The position numbers were made by a program, and so were the translations under genes. From positions 18,432 through 82,431 of the forward strand of contig JABDBN010000001.1 of NCBI GenBank assembly GCA_013288625.1: a DNA stretch of 64,000 bases, in the 5' to 3' direction. Origin of the DNA: Alphaproteobacteria bacterium (GTDB lineage Bacteria; Pseudomonadota; Alphaproteobacteria; Rickettsiales; Midichloriaceae). Positions 17,109 through 25,643 of this stretch are shown piece by piece; positions within the stretch are counted from its first letter, which is position 1; every line of letters begins with the position of its first letter. The notes below the pieces were generated by a model. That model made no database searches, was not told where the DNA came from, and saw only the letters and a list, made by a program, of their open reading frames with translations.

Positions 17109-18877
17109 CTAAAATTCACCTGTTATCAGAAAAGACTATCAACAGGATTGCTGCAGGCGAAGTGATTGATAGACCCGTTTCAGTTGTGAAAGAACTGGTT
17201 GAAAATGCTATTGATGCCGGCGCAAAAAATATAACTGTAATGCTTGAGCGCGGTGGTCATAATTTAATTTCTGTTAGCGATGACGGCTGCGGTATAGATG
17301 CAACTGAACTGCCCACAGCACTGGCACGCCACGCTACATCCAAGCTCAATGAAGAAGACATCAACAACATCAGCTTTTATGGTTTTCGTGGAGAAGCGCT
17401 GCCATCTATAGGCTCAGTTGCAAAGATGCGCCTGATCAGCAAACCTTCTGATGCACCCCATGCTTATGAAATCAGCATAGAAGGCGGCGACATAGGCGCG
17501 ATAAAGCCTGCGGCACGCGCTGATGGCACCACCATAGAAGTCCGCGATATCTTCAGTTTTACACCGGTTCGCCTCAAATTTCTCAAATCTGAACTTTCAG
17601 AAAAACTCGCGGTGCTTGAAATCTTACACCGCTTTGCTTTGGCCAACCCTGATATAGGCTTTAAATATATATATGAAGCTAACACTATATTTGAATGCAA
17701 ACCTGCTTCCGACCTCAACCAGCGTATCCTAGAAATACTCGGGGAGAAATTCATCGCGAACAGCCGACCCTTCGACATCATAAGCGATAACATTGCTCTG
17801 CATGGCTTTGCGGGATTGCCTACTTATAACCATGCTAATTCATCCCGACAATATACATTTGTCAACCGCCGTACTATTAAAGATAAAACTGTATTCTCTG
17901 CGCTAAAAGTCGCATATCAAAACCTGATACCTCAGGGAAAACATCCGGCCCTGGTACTTTTTATGACTATCGACCCCTATGCGGTCGACGTCAACGTTCA
18001 CCCTTCTAAAGTCGAAGTGCGGTTTCGTGATGAACAAAGAGTGCGCAGCTTAATTGTGTCCACGCTACGGGAAACGCTGCGCCAACCACTTGTAACATCT
18101 ACGCCGCAGGTTGCACCCATAAAAGCTCAGGCACACACCTGGCAAAACTTTAGCAACCCTTTCCCGGGTCGCGCGCAGATTACCGAAGCTCATGAGATCC
18201 AGCGCCCGGCTTATACAGCTCCTACCCCACAGCCCTCCAGTGTAGCCGCTTTAAAAACAAATGTTGCTGAGCTCAAGCAACCTGAGATTGTGGTCAGCTA
18301 TCCTTTAGGCGAAGCAAAATGCCAAATTGGTGAGCTTTATATCATCGCTGAAAATGATGAGGGGCTAGTTATCGTCGACCAGCATGCAGCACATGAACGC
18401 CTGGTTCTTGAAAAACTTAAAGATCAGCTAAAATCTGGCGCAATAAAATCCCAGCTGCTTCTGGTGCCGGAGATCATTGAGCTTGGACAGTTGCAAGCAG
18501 CCAGCCTTTTAGCCCATGCAGGAGAACTAAAAAATCTGGGTCTTACAGTTGAGAAAAATGGCATTACTCAGGTTATGGTCAGAGAGATACCTGTAATTTT
18601 CAACAATACTTCTATCAAAGAACTTATCGCAGACTTAGCTGCTTATATCTATGAGAATGATAGCGTGGATATTCTCGAGAAAAAACGCGATGATATATTG
18701 GGCAACTTTGCCTGCCACTACAGCATAAGATCTGGAAGGAAACTTAATATTCACGAAATGAATGCCGTGCTAAGGGATATTGAAAATACAGATTTTGCAG
18801 GACAATGCAACCATGGCAGACCTACATATATTATACTAAACAAAACACAGCTAGCGAACATGTTTGAGCGCAACTAG
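17105..18877 (+). CDS. mutL: DNA mismatch repair endonuclease MutL
   Basis: INRIAAGEVIDRPVSVVKELVENAIDAG GHKL ATPase motifs, the endonuclease motif DQHAAHERLVLEKL and C-terminal CNHGRPT. The ATG at 17105 overlaps the mutM TGA (ATGA). Confidence 0.92.
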   Translation: MTKIHLLSEKTINRIAAGEVIDRPVSVVKELVENAIDAGAKNITVMLERGGHNLISVSDDGCGIDATELPTALARHATSKLNEEDINNISFYGFRGEALPSIGSVAKMRLISKPSDAPHAYEISIEGGDIGAIKPAARADGTTIEVRDIFSFTPVRLKFLKSELSEKLAVLEILHRFALANPDIGFKYIYEANTIFECKPASDLNQRILEILGEKFIANSRPFDIISDNIALHGFAGLPTYNHANSSRQYTFVNRRTIKDKTVFSALKVAYQNLIPQGKHPALVLFMTIDPYAVDVNVHPSKVEVRFRDEQRVRSLIVSTLRETLRQPLVTSTPQVAPIKAQAHTWQNFSNPFPGRAQITEAHEIQRPAYTAPTPQPSSVAALKTNVAELKQPEIVVSYPLGEAKCQIGELYIIAENDEGLVIVDQHAAHERLVLEKLKDQLKSGAIKSQLLLVPEIIELGQLQAASLLAHAGELKNLGLTVEKNGITQVMVREIPVIFNNTSIKELIADLAAYIYENDSVDILEKKRDDILGNFACHYSIRSGRKLNIHEMNAVLRDIENTDFAGQCNHGRPTYIILNKTQLANMFERN

Positions 18878-19665
18878 GAACGATCAACAGGTTTCCGGAA
18901 CATCAGATATACTCCAAAGCCTATCATAGGCACGCATAATAACTGTGCCACAGTTACTATATTTAAAACATAGCCGGGATAGTCAGGTTCGCGAACAAAC
19001 TCAACCGCGAATCTAAAGCAGCCATAAAAAAACAAAAATGCACCTGATAACCTACCAGGGTTTCTCCTCCAGTTAGGTTTACTATGAAAATACATTAGGA
19101 TTACAAATAATAAGATCCCTTCTAAAGCAGCTTCATAAATCTGACTTGGATGGCGCGGCAACATTCCAGCATGTGGAAAAACAACGCCCCAGGGCACGTC
19201 AGTCACTCGCCCCCAGAGCTCGCCATTGACAAAATTAGCAATCCTTCCAAGAAATAAACCAATCGGAGTAACACACGCTATCAGATCACTCGCTGCAAAA
19301 AATTTCATTTTATGTTTGCGGCATAAGAAGTAGATAGCGACTATAACTCCCAGAACTCCTCCATGGAATGACAAGCCACCTTTCCTGATTTCGAATATCA
19401 TCAAAGGTCTTTCTATGAGTTTTTCATAGTCAAAAAAGAGAACACTTCCTAATCGAGCACCTACAATGATTCCAATGACAATAAAAAAAATTAAATCATC
19501 TAAAGCCTTCTCGGAAAAAATATTTTTTTCCTTTGCATTCAAATACTTAAGCAAAACATAGCCAATTGCCACTCCAAAGATATAAGCAAATGAATACCAA
19601 TAGATATCAAAATTGAAAATTCTGAAGGCAACTGGATTAATATTAGGAAAAAGTATTGCGATCAT
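18874..19665 (-). CDS. lgt: Prolipoprotein diacylglyceryl transferase
   Basis: The HGGVLG and GRIANFVNGELWGR motifs in a 263-aa polytopic protein. Confidence 0.9.
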   Translation of the reverse strand: MIAILFPNINPVAFRIFNFDIYWYSFAYIFGVAIGYVLLKYLNAKEKNIFSEKALDDLIFFIVIGIIVGARLGSVLFFDYEKLIERPLMIFEIRKGGLSFHGGVLGVIVAIYFLCRKHKMKFFAASDLIACVTPIGLFLGRIANFVNGELWGRVTDVPWGVVFPHAGMLPRHPSQIYEAALEGILLFVILMYFHSKPNWRRNPGRLSGAFLFFYGCFRFAVEFVREPDYPGYVLNIVTVAQLLCVPMIGFGVYLMFRKPVDRS

Positions 19666-19705
19666 GATAATTGATGTTATACAATAAGTTATACAGAGTG
19701 TTTAT

Positions 19706-20032
19706 ATGGATATATTAATGGTACAAAATAATAAATTCTTTAACGATGTGAAAAAAGTTGCAAACTCAACTTTGTCCACAATGGCAACTATGAAAACCGA
19801 AATTGCTAAAATCGTCAAGGAGCAAATGAAAGCTGTGCTCAAAAATATGGATGTGATAACGCGCAATGAATTCGACGCAGTTAAAAAAGCTGCATTGGAT
19901 ACTCGTAAAGAGTTAGATGAACTAAAACAAAAACAAAAAGGAGGAACTGTCATGAAAAAGGCAACCAAAAAACCTGCAGCTAAAAAACCTGCAGCTAAGA
20001 AAAAGACTGCCGCTAAAAAAACCAAAAAATAG
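19706..20032 (+). CDS. UbiK/BMFP (YqiC) family accessory factor with Lys/Ala/Pro-rich basic tail
   Basis: The core MDVITRNEFDAVKKAALDTRKELDELK matches the conserved 'VTREEFDAV' coiled-coil of BMFP/UbiK. The C-terminus is KKATKKPAAKKPAAKKKTAAKKTKK. Confidence 0.6.
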   Translation: MDILMVQNNKFFNDVKKVANSTLSTMATMKTEIAKIVKEQMKAVLKNMDVITRNEFDAVKKAALDTRKELDELKQKQKGGTVMKKATKKPAAKKPAAKKKTAAKKTKK

Positions 20033-20061
20033 CGCAGGCATAAATTGGGTTTAACTGTAAA

Positions 20062-20868
20062 ATGCAAATTCTATTCGTCGGCTGTGGCAATATGGGCGGA
20101 GCGATTGTCTCCGGTATGTTGCAGTCCTGTAATTTCGCTAAAGACGAAATCTCAGCTATTCTTCCGCTCCATAGTCCAGATATGTACAAAACAGAAAAAC
20201 GCTTTGGTATTAAGGTCTACAATTCCTTTCCTAGCGAAAGAAATTTCGACGCCATACTATTTGCAGTTAAACCCCAGACTTTCTACGAGATTTTACCTAG
20301 CTACAGGGAAGCTCTTACCGGAGTAAATACACTTGTTATTTCAATCGCGGCTGGCAAGACAACAAAATATCTTGCCAGTTTTTTTTCTACCCAACCCATC
20401 GTACGCGTTATGCCCAACATCAATGCTTTAGTTGGCAAAAGCGTATCCGTCGCATATAGCAATAAACCTCTCTCTTCAGAGCAAAACGAACTCGTGCAAA
20501 AAATATTCACCAGTGTCGGAACTTTAAACTTTGTTAAAGACGAGAATATTCTCAATGCAGTAACAGCAGTATCTGGCAGCGGCCCTGCATACTTTTTTCA
20601 GTTTGTTGAATACATGATTGATGCGGCTATTCAACTAGGCCTGGACGACAAGCTCTCGCATGCACTTGCGACAGAAACATTTATCGGCTCCGCAAAACTA
20701 TTGGAAAATGAAAAAGTATCTCTTGCTGAACTGCGTGCATATGTAACCAGCCCGGGTGGTACTACCGCTGCTGCATTACAAGTCTTCAATGAGAATGATA
20801 AACTCAAAGCACTTGCAGAAGCAGCTCTAAAAGCTGCTTGCAAGCGCGCGACTGAACTTTCTGAATGA
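20062..20868 (+). CDS. proC: Pyrroline-5-carboxylate reductase
   Basis: N-terminal GCGNMGGAI Rossmann motif, GSGPAYFF and the SPGGTT signature. Confidence 0.9.
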   Translation: MQILFVGCGNMGGAIVSGMLQSCNFAKDEISAILPLHSPDMYKTEKRFGIKVYNSFPSERNFDAILFAVKPQTFYEILPSYREALTGVNTLVISIAAGKTTKYLASFFSTQPIVRVMPNINALVGKSVSVAYSNKPLSSEQNELVQKIFTSVGTLNFVKDENILNAVTAVSGSGPAYFFQFVEYMIDAAIQLGLDDKLSHALATETFIGSAKLLENEKVSLAELRAYVTSPGGTTAAALQVFNENDKLKALAEAALKAACKRATELSE

Positions 20869-20945
20869 CCATGGTTAGATCTCATCAGCAGTGAACTTAT
20901 AGAATAGCTCTATATTGACTGCAAAAAACACATACTGTAAAAAAC

Positions 20946-20974
20946 TTGCATTCTTTTGTTTTTTACCGTATAAT
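20946..20974 (+). promoter_or_regulatory. Near-consensus sigma70-type promoter
   Basis: TTGCAT (20946-20951), a 17-nt spacer, then TATAAT (20969-20974), 30 nt upstream of the ATG at 21004. Confidence 0.45.
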
Positions 20975-21003
20975 CGCCCTATAAATTAAAAAAGGTTACT
21001 CTT

Positions 21004-21303
21004 ATGCCCCAAAAAACACAAGTAACTGGTGGTAACTCGCATAAAAAAGGCAGTAATTCACACACTGAATTTACACAAGAATTTACTATTAACCATAAAG
21101 ATCTTGATGCGTTTGCTGAAATGGATTCAGCGAGCAAAAACGCTAATGCTGAGATTTATGTTTATGAAAAAAACGTTCTTGGTGAGCTTATTTGTAAAAA
21201 TGTGTTTGCTTCGTGCCTTCCTATTGTTAAGGAACACTGTACACAGCCAAACCATTTATGTGGAGAGCTTAAAGTATATCTACACTCAGTTACAGAACTG
21301 TAA
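21004..21303 (+). CDS. Hypothetical protein (99 aa)
   Basis: Preceded by the strong promoter and an AAGG SD-like element. No recognisable motif. An overlapping alternate-frame ORF (21029..21316) makes the frame choice tentative. Confidence 0.3.
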   Translation: MPQKTQVTGGNSHKKGSNSHTEFTQEFTINHKDLDAFAEMDSASKNANAEIYVYEKNVLGELICKNVFASCLPIVKEHCTQPNHLCGELKVYLHSVTEL

Positions 21304-21505
21304 GACAAAAGTGTAGCTACCAAACCAACGCCTGGTATAGAGCTGGTCATTCGGCGCACTGTCACGTTTTAAAGTGACATAGGAATAGATGGCTTCATCC
21401 TTAATATCATGCGAGGCGCCGACAACCACAAATCCAGCAACCATAGGCTGTTCTCCCAATGCGCTCTCAGCCGTTTCTCGCTCCATGCCGTAAATCACAC
21501 AAAAG
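21300..21505 (-). pseudogene. acs: Relic of acetyl-CoA synthetase (acs) C-terminal region
   Basis: Reverse translation IYGMERETAESALGEQPMVAGFVVVGASHDIKDEAIYSYVTLKRDSAPNDQLYTRRW aligns to E. coli Acs [60 protein letters not shown]. Only about 60 codons remain, and there is no upstream or downstream continuation. Confidence 0.65.
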
Positions 21506-21691
21506 CGAGTTAATAGAGGTGCTATTTATATAGTTAATATGACATTTCTTCTTTGCTGCAACAATAGCTCTAAAGGAGGACATTTTAACTTTGCTACGAC
21601 AATAGCACTATATTTGCTTGCCAAGCCCTAAAAAATGTGTTTGAATACATCCACTTTAACATGCTGCACAGAGTTACATAAAAGCTTCTCT

Positions 21692-21777
21692 GGAGGGATG
21701 GCCGAGCGGTCAAAGGCAGCAGACTGTAAATCTGCCCGCGTAAGCGTTCGAAGGTTCGAATCCTTCTCCCTCCACCA
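21692..21777 (+). tRNA. tRNA-Tyr (anticodon GTA)
   Basis: The cloverleaf folds by eye: acceptor GGAGGGA/TCCCTCC, anticodon stem GCAGA-CTGTAAA-TCTGC, long variable arm, T-arm GAAGG-TTCGAAT-CCTTC. CCA is encoded. Confidence 0.93.
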
Positions 21778-21843
21778 CTTTTTTATTGGCTTTTGGGTAA
21801 AATTTGTGTAAATATTTGAACAAGCAGAAGCTTTTTTGAAACT

Positions 21844-21917
<74 letters not shown>

Positions 21918-21972
21918 CCCAAAAGTTTGGGGCATATATAATAACTATTAAATAATATTGGAGATTTTATCC

Positions 21973-23157
21973 ATGGCCAAAGAAAAGTATCAAAGAACGA
22001 AACCGCACGTAAACGTGGGCACCATTGGGCACGTCGACCATGGTAAAACCACTCTTACTGCAGCGATTACTAAGGTTTTAGCAACAAAAGGTGGGGCTAA
22101 ATTTACCTCATACGATAATATTGATAAAGCACCTGAAGAAAAAGCGCGCGGTATTACCATTAACACAGCTCACGTTGAATATTCAACCGACACAAGACAC
22201 TATGGTCACGTAGATTGCCCAGGTCACGCCGATTATGTTAAAAACATGATTACCGGTGCGGCACAAATGGATGGAGCAATTCTCGTAGTGAGTGCAGCTG
22301 ACGGTCCAATGCCACAAACCAGAGAACATATCCTTCTTGCTCGACAAGTTGGTGTTCCAGCGCTTGTTGTCTTCCTTAACAAAGTCGACATGGTAGATGA
22401 TCCGGAACTTCTTGAGCTTGTAGAAATGGAAGTCAGAGAACTGCTAACCAGCTACGGTTTCCCAGGTGACAAGATCCCTGTGGTTAAAGGCTCTGCTCTT
22501 GCAGCTCTGGAAGGGAAACCTGAAGGTGAAAAAGCGATTGATGAGTTGATGGGTGCAGTTGATAGCTATATCCCACTTCCTGTCCGCGACCTTGATAAAC
22601 CTTTCCTTATGTCTGTAGAAGACGTATTTTCGATTTCTGGCCGTGGTACAGTTGCTACTGGTCGTATCGAGCAAGGTATTGTGAAGGTTGGTGACCCAGT
22701 AGAAGTTGTAGGCTTAACTGATACTCAACAATCCATCTGTACTGGTGTAGAAATGTTCCGCAAAGAACTTGATCAGGGACAAGCTGGTGACAACGTTGGA
22801 ATGCTTCTTCGTGGTATCGACAAGGAAAAGATTGAACGCGGTCAAGTTATTGCTAAGCCTGGATCAATCACACCGCACCATAAATTCAAAGCTGAAGTTT
22901 ACGTGCTTACCAAAGAAGAAGGTGGACGTCACACTCCATTCTTCAAGGATTATCGTCCGCAGTTTTACTTCCGTACCACCGACGTAACTGGAGCTATTAC
23001 GCTTCCGGATAACGTTGAAATGGTAATGCCAGGTGATAACACAACAATTACTGTTGAGCTTGGTAAAAAAGTTGCGATGGAAAAGGGTCTTAAGTTCGCT
23101 ATCCGTGAAGGTGGCAGAACTGTAGGCGCTGGTGTTGTAGCTGAAGTTCTAGAATAA
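21973..23157 (+). CDS. tuf: Elongation factor Tu
   Basis: [33 protein letters not shown]..., DCPGHADY and NKVD motifs. The ORF opens at 21958, but the canonical MAKEK start is at 21973. Confidence 0.97.
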   Translation: MAKEKYQRTKPHVNVGTIGHVDHGKTTLTAAITKVLATKGGAKFTSYDNIDKAPEEKARGITINTAHVEYSTDTRHYGHVDCPGHADYVKNMITGAAQMDGAILVVSAADGPMPQTREHILLARQVGVPALVVFLNKVDMVDDPELLELVEMEVRELLTSYGFPGDKIPVVKGSALAALEGKPEGEKAIDELMGAVDSYIPLPVRDLDKPFLMSVEDVFSISGRGTVATGRIEQGIVKVGDPVEVVGLTDTQQSICTGVEMFRKELDQGQAGDNVGMLLRGIDKEKIERGQVIAKPGSITPHHKFKAEVYVLTKEEGGRHTPFFKDYRPQFYFRTTDVTGAITLPDNVEMVMPGDNTTITVELGKKVAMEKGLKFAIREGGRTVGAGVVAEVLE

Positions 23158-23164
23158 TTGAGTA

Positions 23165-23260
23165 CCCTGTTATCGTCATTGCGAGCCCCGACAGGGGCGT
23201 GGCAAACCAGTGGCTTCTAAAGATTACCACTTTGCCACACTTTTCGCGATGACGGTTCCA
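23165..23260. repeat. About 100-bp imperfect palindromic (MITE/REP-like) element
   Basis: The left arm cctgttatcgtcattgcgag...gcgtggcaaaccagtgg pairs with the right arm ccactttgccacac...ctttttcgcgatgacggttccagg. It sits between the tuf stop and tRNA-Trp. Confidence 0.7.
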
Positions 23261-23280
23261 GGACTTTTTTATATTATTAC

Positions 23281-23356
23281 AGGAGTGTAGCTCAATTGGT
23301 AGAGCACCGGTCTCCAAAACCGGGGGTTGGGGGTTCGATTCCTCTCGCTCCTGCCA
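23281..23356 (+). tRNA. tRNA-Trp (anticodon CCA)
   Basis: Acceptor AGGAGTG/CGCTCCT (one G-U pair), anticodon stem CCGGT-CTCCAAA-ACCGG, T-loop GGTTCGATTCC. CCA is encoded. Confidence 0.92.
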
Positions 23357-23374
23357 TCCGTCTTCGCTAATTTT

Positions 23375-23589
23375 GCTGAAGGCCAAATTTAGCAACAAAG
23401 TGATTTATCATGGCGTAGCGTGCGAAACGGATGCCGCGCCGTAGCCGATTAGGCGTAGGCGGGCTTTAATTTCAATATATAAATCCTTAGAGAACAGCTG
23501 AAGGCAAAATTTAGCAACAAAGTGATTTATCATGGCGTAGCGTGCGGAACGGATGCCGCGCCGTAGCCGATTAGGCGTAGGCGGGCTTT
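23375..23589. repeat. Two tandem copies of a 93-bp GC-rich repeat (period 122 bp)
   Basis: Copy 1 (23375-23467) and copy 2 (23497-23589) read gctgaaggc[c/a]aaatttagcaacaaagtgatttatcatggcgtagcgtgcg[a/g]aacggatgccgcgccgtagccgattaggcgtaggcgggcttt. They differ at 2 positions. Confidence 0.9.
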
Positions 23590-23705
23590 CCAAAATTTAA
23601 TATATTACCATTTGCATACTTGATTCCTCAGCATTACTCTTACAAACTCAGAATGGAAAATTATGTTTCAAGCTCGGCATAATCAGATAGCTAATTTTTT
23701 ACGGC

Positions 23706-23804
23706 GCAAGGCCTTAAAGAATTCCAAGCGCGCCCTGAGCCCCAATAGGGCGCGCTCGAAAAAAAGCGTGAGCTTTTTTTCGCACCTCTATTTAAAGGCC
23801 TTGC
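23706..23804. repeat. MITE-like palindromic element, copy A (terminal inverted repeats GCAAGGCCTTAAA / TTTAAAGGCCTTGC, two internal hairpins)
   Basis: Internal hairpins are gcgcgccct-N10-agggcgcgc and cgaaaaaaagc-gtga-gctttttttcg. It is collinear with the element at 37931-38030. Confidence 0.85.
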
Positions 23805-23837
23805 AGGAAAAGAGAATGTGCGTTTATTGCACAATAA

Positions 23838-24139
23838 ATGAGACCAATACACCCAGGAGAAATTCTTAAAGAAGAGTTTTTGAAGCCTCTACACATATCA
23901 GCTAGTCAGTTAACTAGACGCATAAGAGTGCCTGTCAATCGCATTACTCAGATTTTAAAACACAGCAGGAATATTACCGGAGACACCGCACTCAGGCTGG
24001 CAAAGTTATTTAAAACATCTCCTGAATTTGGATGAACTTACAAGCTATGTATGATTTACGTAAGGCTCAAGTAGAAGAAAAAACAAATAATAGCTCAATC
24101 AATAAAATTATACCTATTGATATGCACCTGCACCATTGA
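23838..24139 (+). pseudogene. higA: HigA-family (XRE HTH) antitoxin, frameshifted, without a partner toxin
   Basis: MRPIHPGEILKEEFLKPLHISASQLTRRIRVPVNRITQILKHSRNITGDTALRLAKLFKTSPEFG* stops at 24035. The conserved continuation W(M)NLQAMYDLRKAQ reads in another frame from 24029 to 24139, which is consistent with loss of one T in the ttt(t)gg run. Confidence 0.7.
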
Positions 24140-24154
24140 AGAAAATTCAGTACC

Positions 24155-24862
24155 TTATAACTCCGTATGCATGGCATCCATTTTTGGTCCCCAAATAAAA
24201 AGAAGAATTCTTGAGCAATCCTCTTCCGAATTAGCATATTGTGGAGAAGAGTGCACAGCACCCTTCTGCTCTTCAAATCCTGTTGTAAATACTGCCAAGT
24301 GCAAATCCGGCGTATACTCTACGTCTACGTCTACGTCTTCATAACTAAATTTCATTTGATCAGTTATAAATGCGGTACTTTTTCCTGCTAAAGCAAGCGA
24401 TAATTTGATCCCATCATCAGGGCCTTCATCAGGGTCTCTATGAAATTCATGAGCAACTCGACAATAATTTTGAACTCGCACTTCCACATGTAATTTAGCG
24501 TCATAACCATAACATTCTTTCATTTGATCAGTAACTTTATTCAAAGTTCTTGTTATTAAGCTGGCTACTGCTCTTGCTTCATTACATACGCTTGGGTTCT
24601 TATCGTCACATATTTTAGCTCTTTCAGGGCCAGAACTCGTTGCTAAACTTTTTAGAACTTCTCTAGGGTTATCGCACCAATATACCATTTCTTGCATAAA
24701 TTTTGCGTTTCGAATTACTGTCGCTTCTTCCAAAAATTGATGTTCTTCAGAAGAGAGGAATGGAGCAAAAGCATATTTATTTTCTGAACTTAGGCTTTTA
24801 ATTGCTGCGCATAAGTTATCATGGATATTGTTATTGGATCGCGCATTAATATTATTAGCCAT
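24155..24862 (-). CDS. Hypothetical protein with HxD...H motif (possible cupin/DUF1826-like)
   Basis: 235 aa. CRVAHEFHRDPDEG ... KGAVHSSPQ ... RILLFIWGP resembles a metal-binding facial triad. The family assignment is from memory and weak. Confidence 0.5.
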   Translation of the reverse strand: MANNINARSNNNIHDNLCAAIKSLSSENKYAFAPFLSSEEHQFLEEATVIRNAKFMQEMVYWCDNPREVLKSLATSSGPERAKICDDKNPSVCNEARAVASLITRTLNKVTDQMKECYGYDAKLHVEVRVQNYCRVAHEFHRDPDEGPDDGIKLSLALAGKSTAFITDQMKFSYEDVDVDVEYTPDLHLAVFTTGFEEQKGAVHSSPQYANSEEDCSRILLFIWGPKMDAMHTEL

Positions 24863-24936
24863 ATCACCATAATTTATCGTTAATTACCGGCAAGCATAAT
24901 ATAATTTTACAAAAGAATCAACAACAAAGAGAATTC

Positions 24937-25494
24937 CTACATCTTCAAGTGCTTAAGATATTTCTCCATCTTTTTAACCAGCATCTGCCTCTTTAGAGGA
25001 GAAAAATAATCGATAAACAGACGACCCTGCGTGTGGTCATGTTCGTGCTGGATACAGAAGGCGAGCAAGCCGTGCGCTTCCATCAACTGCTCTTTGCCAT
25101 CATAATCCAGGTATTTAACCTTGATGCTCTTCGGGCGCTTAAGCTTAGCCCAAACCCCTGGAATTGAAAGACATCCATCTTCAACCTCATAAAGCTCCTC
25201 GGACTTTTCTATAATCTCAGCATTAGCCATACATAATAACTTGCCCATTGGCTGCCTGCGGGGCTCCAAATCCTTATCATGATGCTCAATAATATAATCA
25301 TGATCGACCACAAAGATATCCTTCATAATACCGACTTGCACACCTGCCAACCCGATGCCGCGGTAATGTTTCATCCCTGCGGTAAGCTGATCAAAATTCT
25401 TCCTAATCTCGTCATCAACCCTGCTCACACGCTCAGAAACTTGCTTCAAGCGTTTGTCAGGATAAATAACCAACTCTAAAATATTATTTGTCAT
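24937..25494 (-). CDS. def: Peptide deformylase
   Basis: The three Def motifs are present: GIGLAGVQVG, EDGCLSIPG and HEHDH. Confidence 0.92.
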   Translation of the reverse strand: MTNNILELVIYPDKRLKQVSERVSRVDDEIRKNFDQLTAGMKHYRGIGLAGVQVGIMKDIFVVDHDYIIEHHDKDLEPRRQPMGKLLCMANAEIIEKSEELYEVEDGCLSIPGVWAKLKRPKSIKVKYLDYDGKEQLMEAHGLLAFCIQHEHDHTQGRLFIDYFSPLKRQMLVKKMEKYLKHLKM

Positions 25495-25643
25495 CGTATA
25501 CTTGCTATTTTAATTATATTATACACTATTTATCATCGTTTCTAAAATACTAGCTTCGCAACATTTTGCAACAATATGTGATTTGGGTAAATAGATAATC
25601 TGTCGCATAATGACTTTATTGAGGAAACTTAACGCGCGTTGAA

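Noticed and set aside
23375-23589. Possible CRISPR array (repeat-spacer-repeat periodicity)
   Set aside because: There are only two copies. The repeat unit is 93 bp with a 29-bp spacer, the inverse of CRISPR proportions. There are no cas genes in the window. It is annotated as a tandem intergenic repeat instead.
23099-23869. ORFs 23099..23398(-), 23408..23593(-), 23663..23869(+)
   Set aside because: Each is composed almost entirely of the palindromic element plus tRNA-Trp, the tandem 93-bp repeat, or MITE copy A. Their Arg/Gly/Ala-rich translations reflect the GC-rich repeats, not genes.
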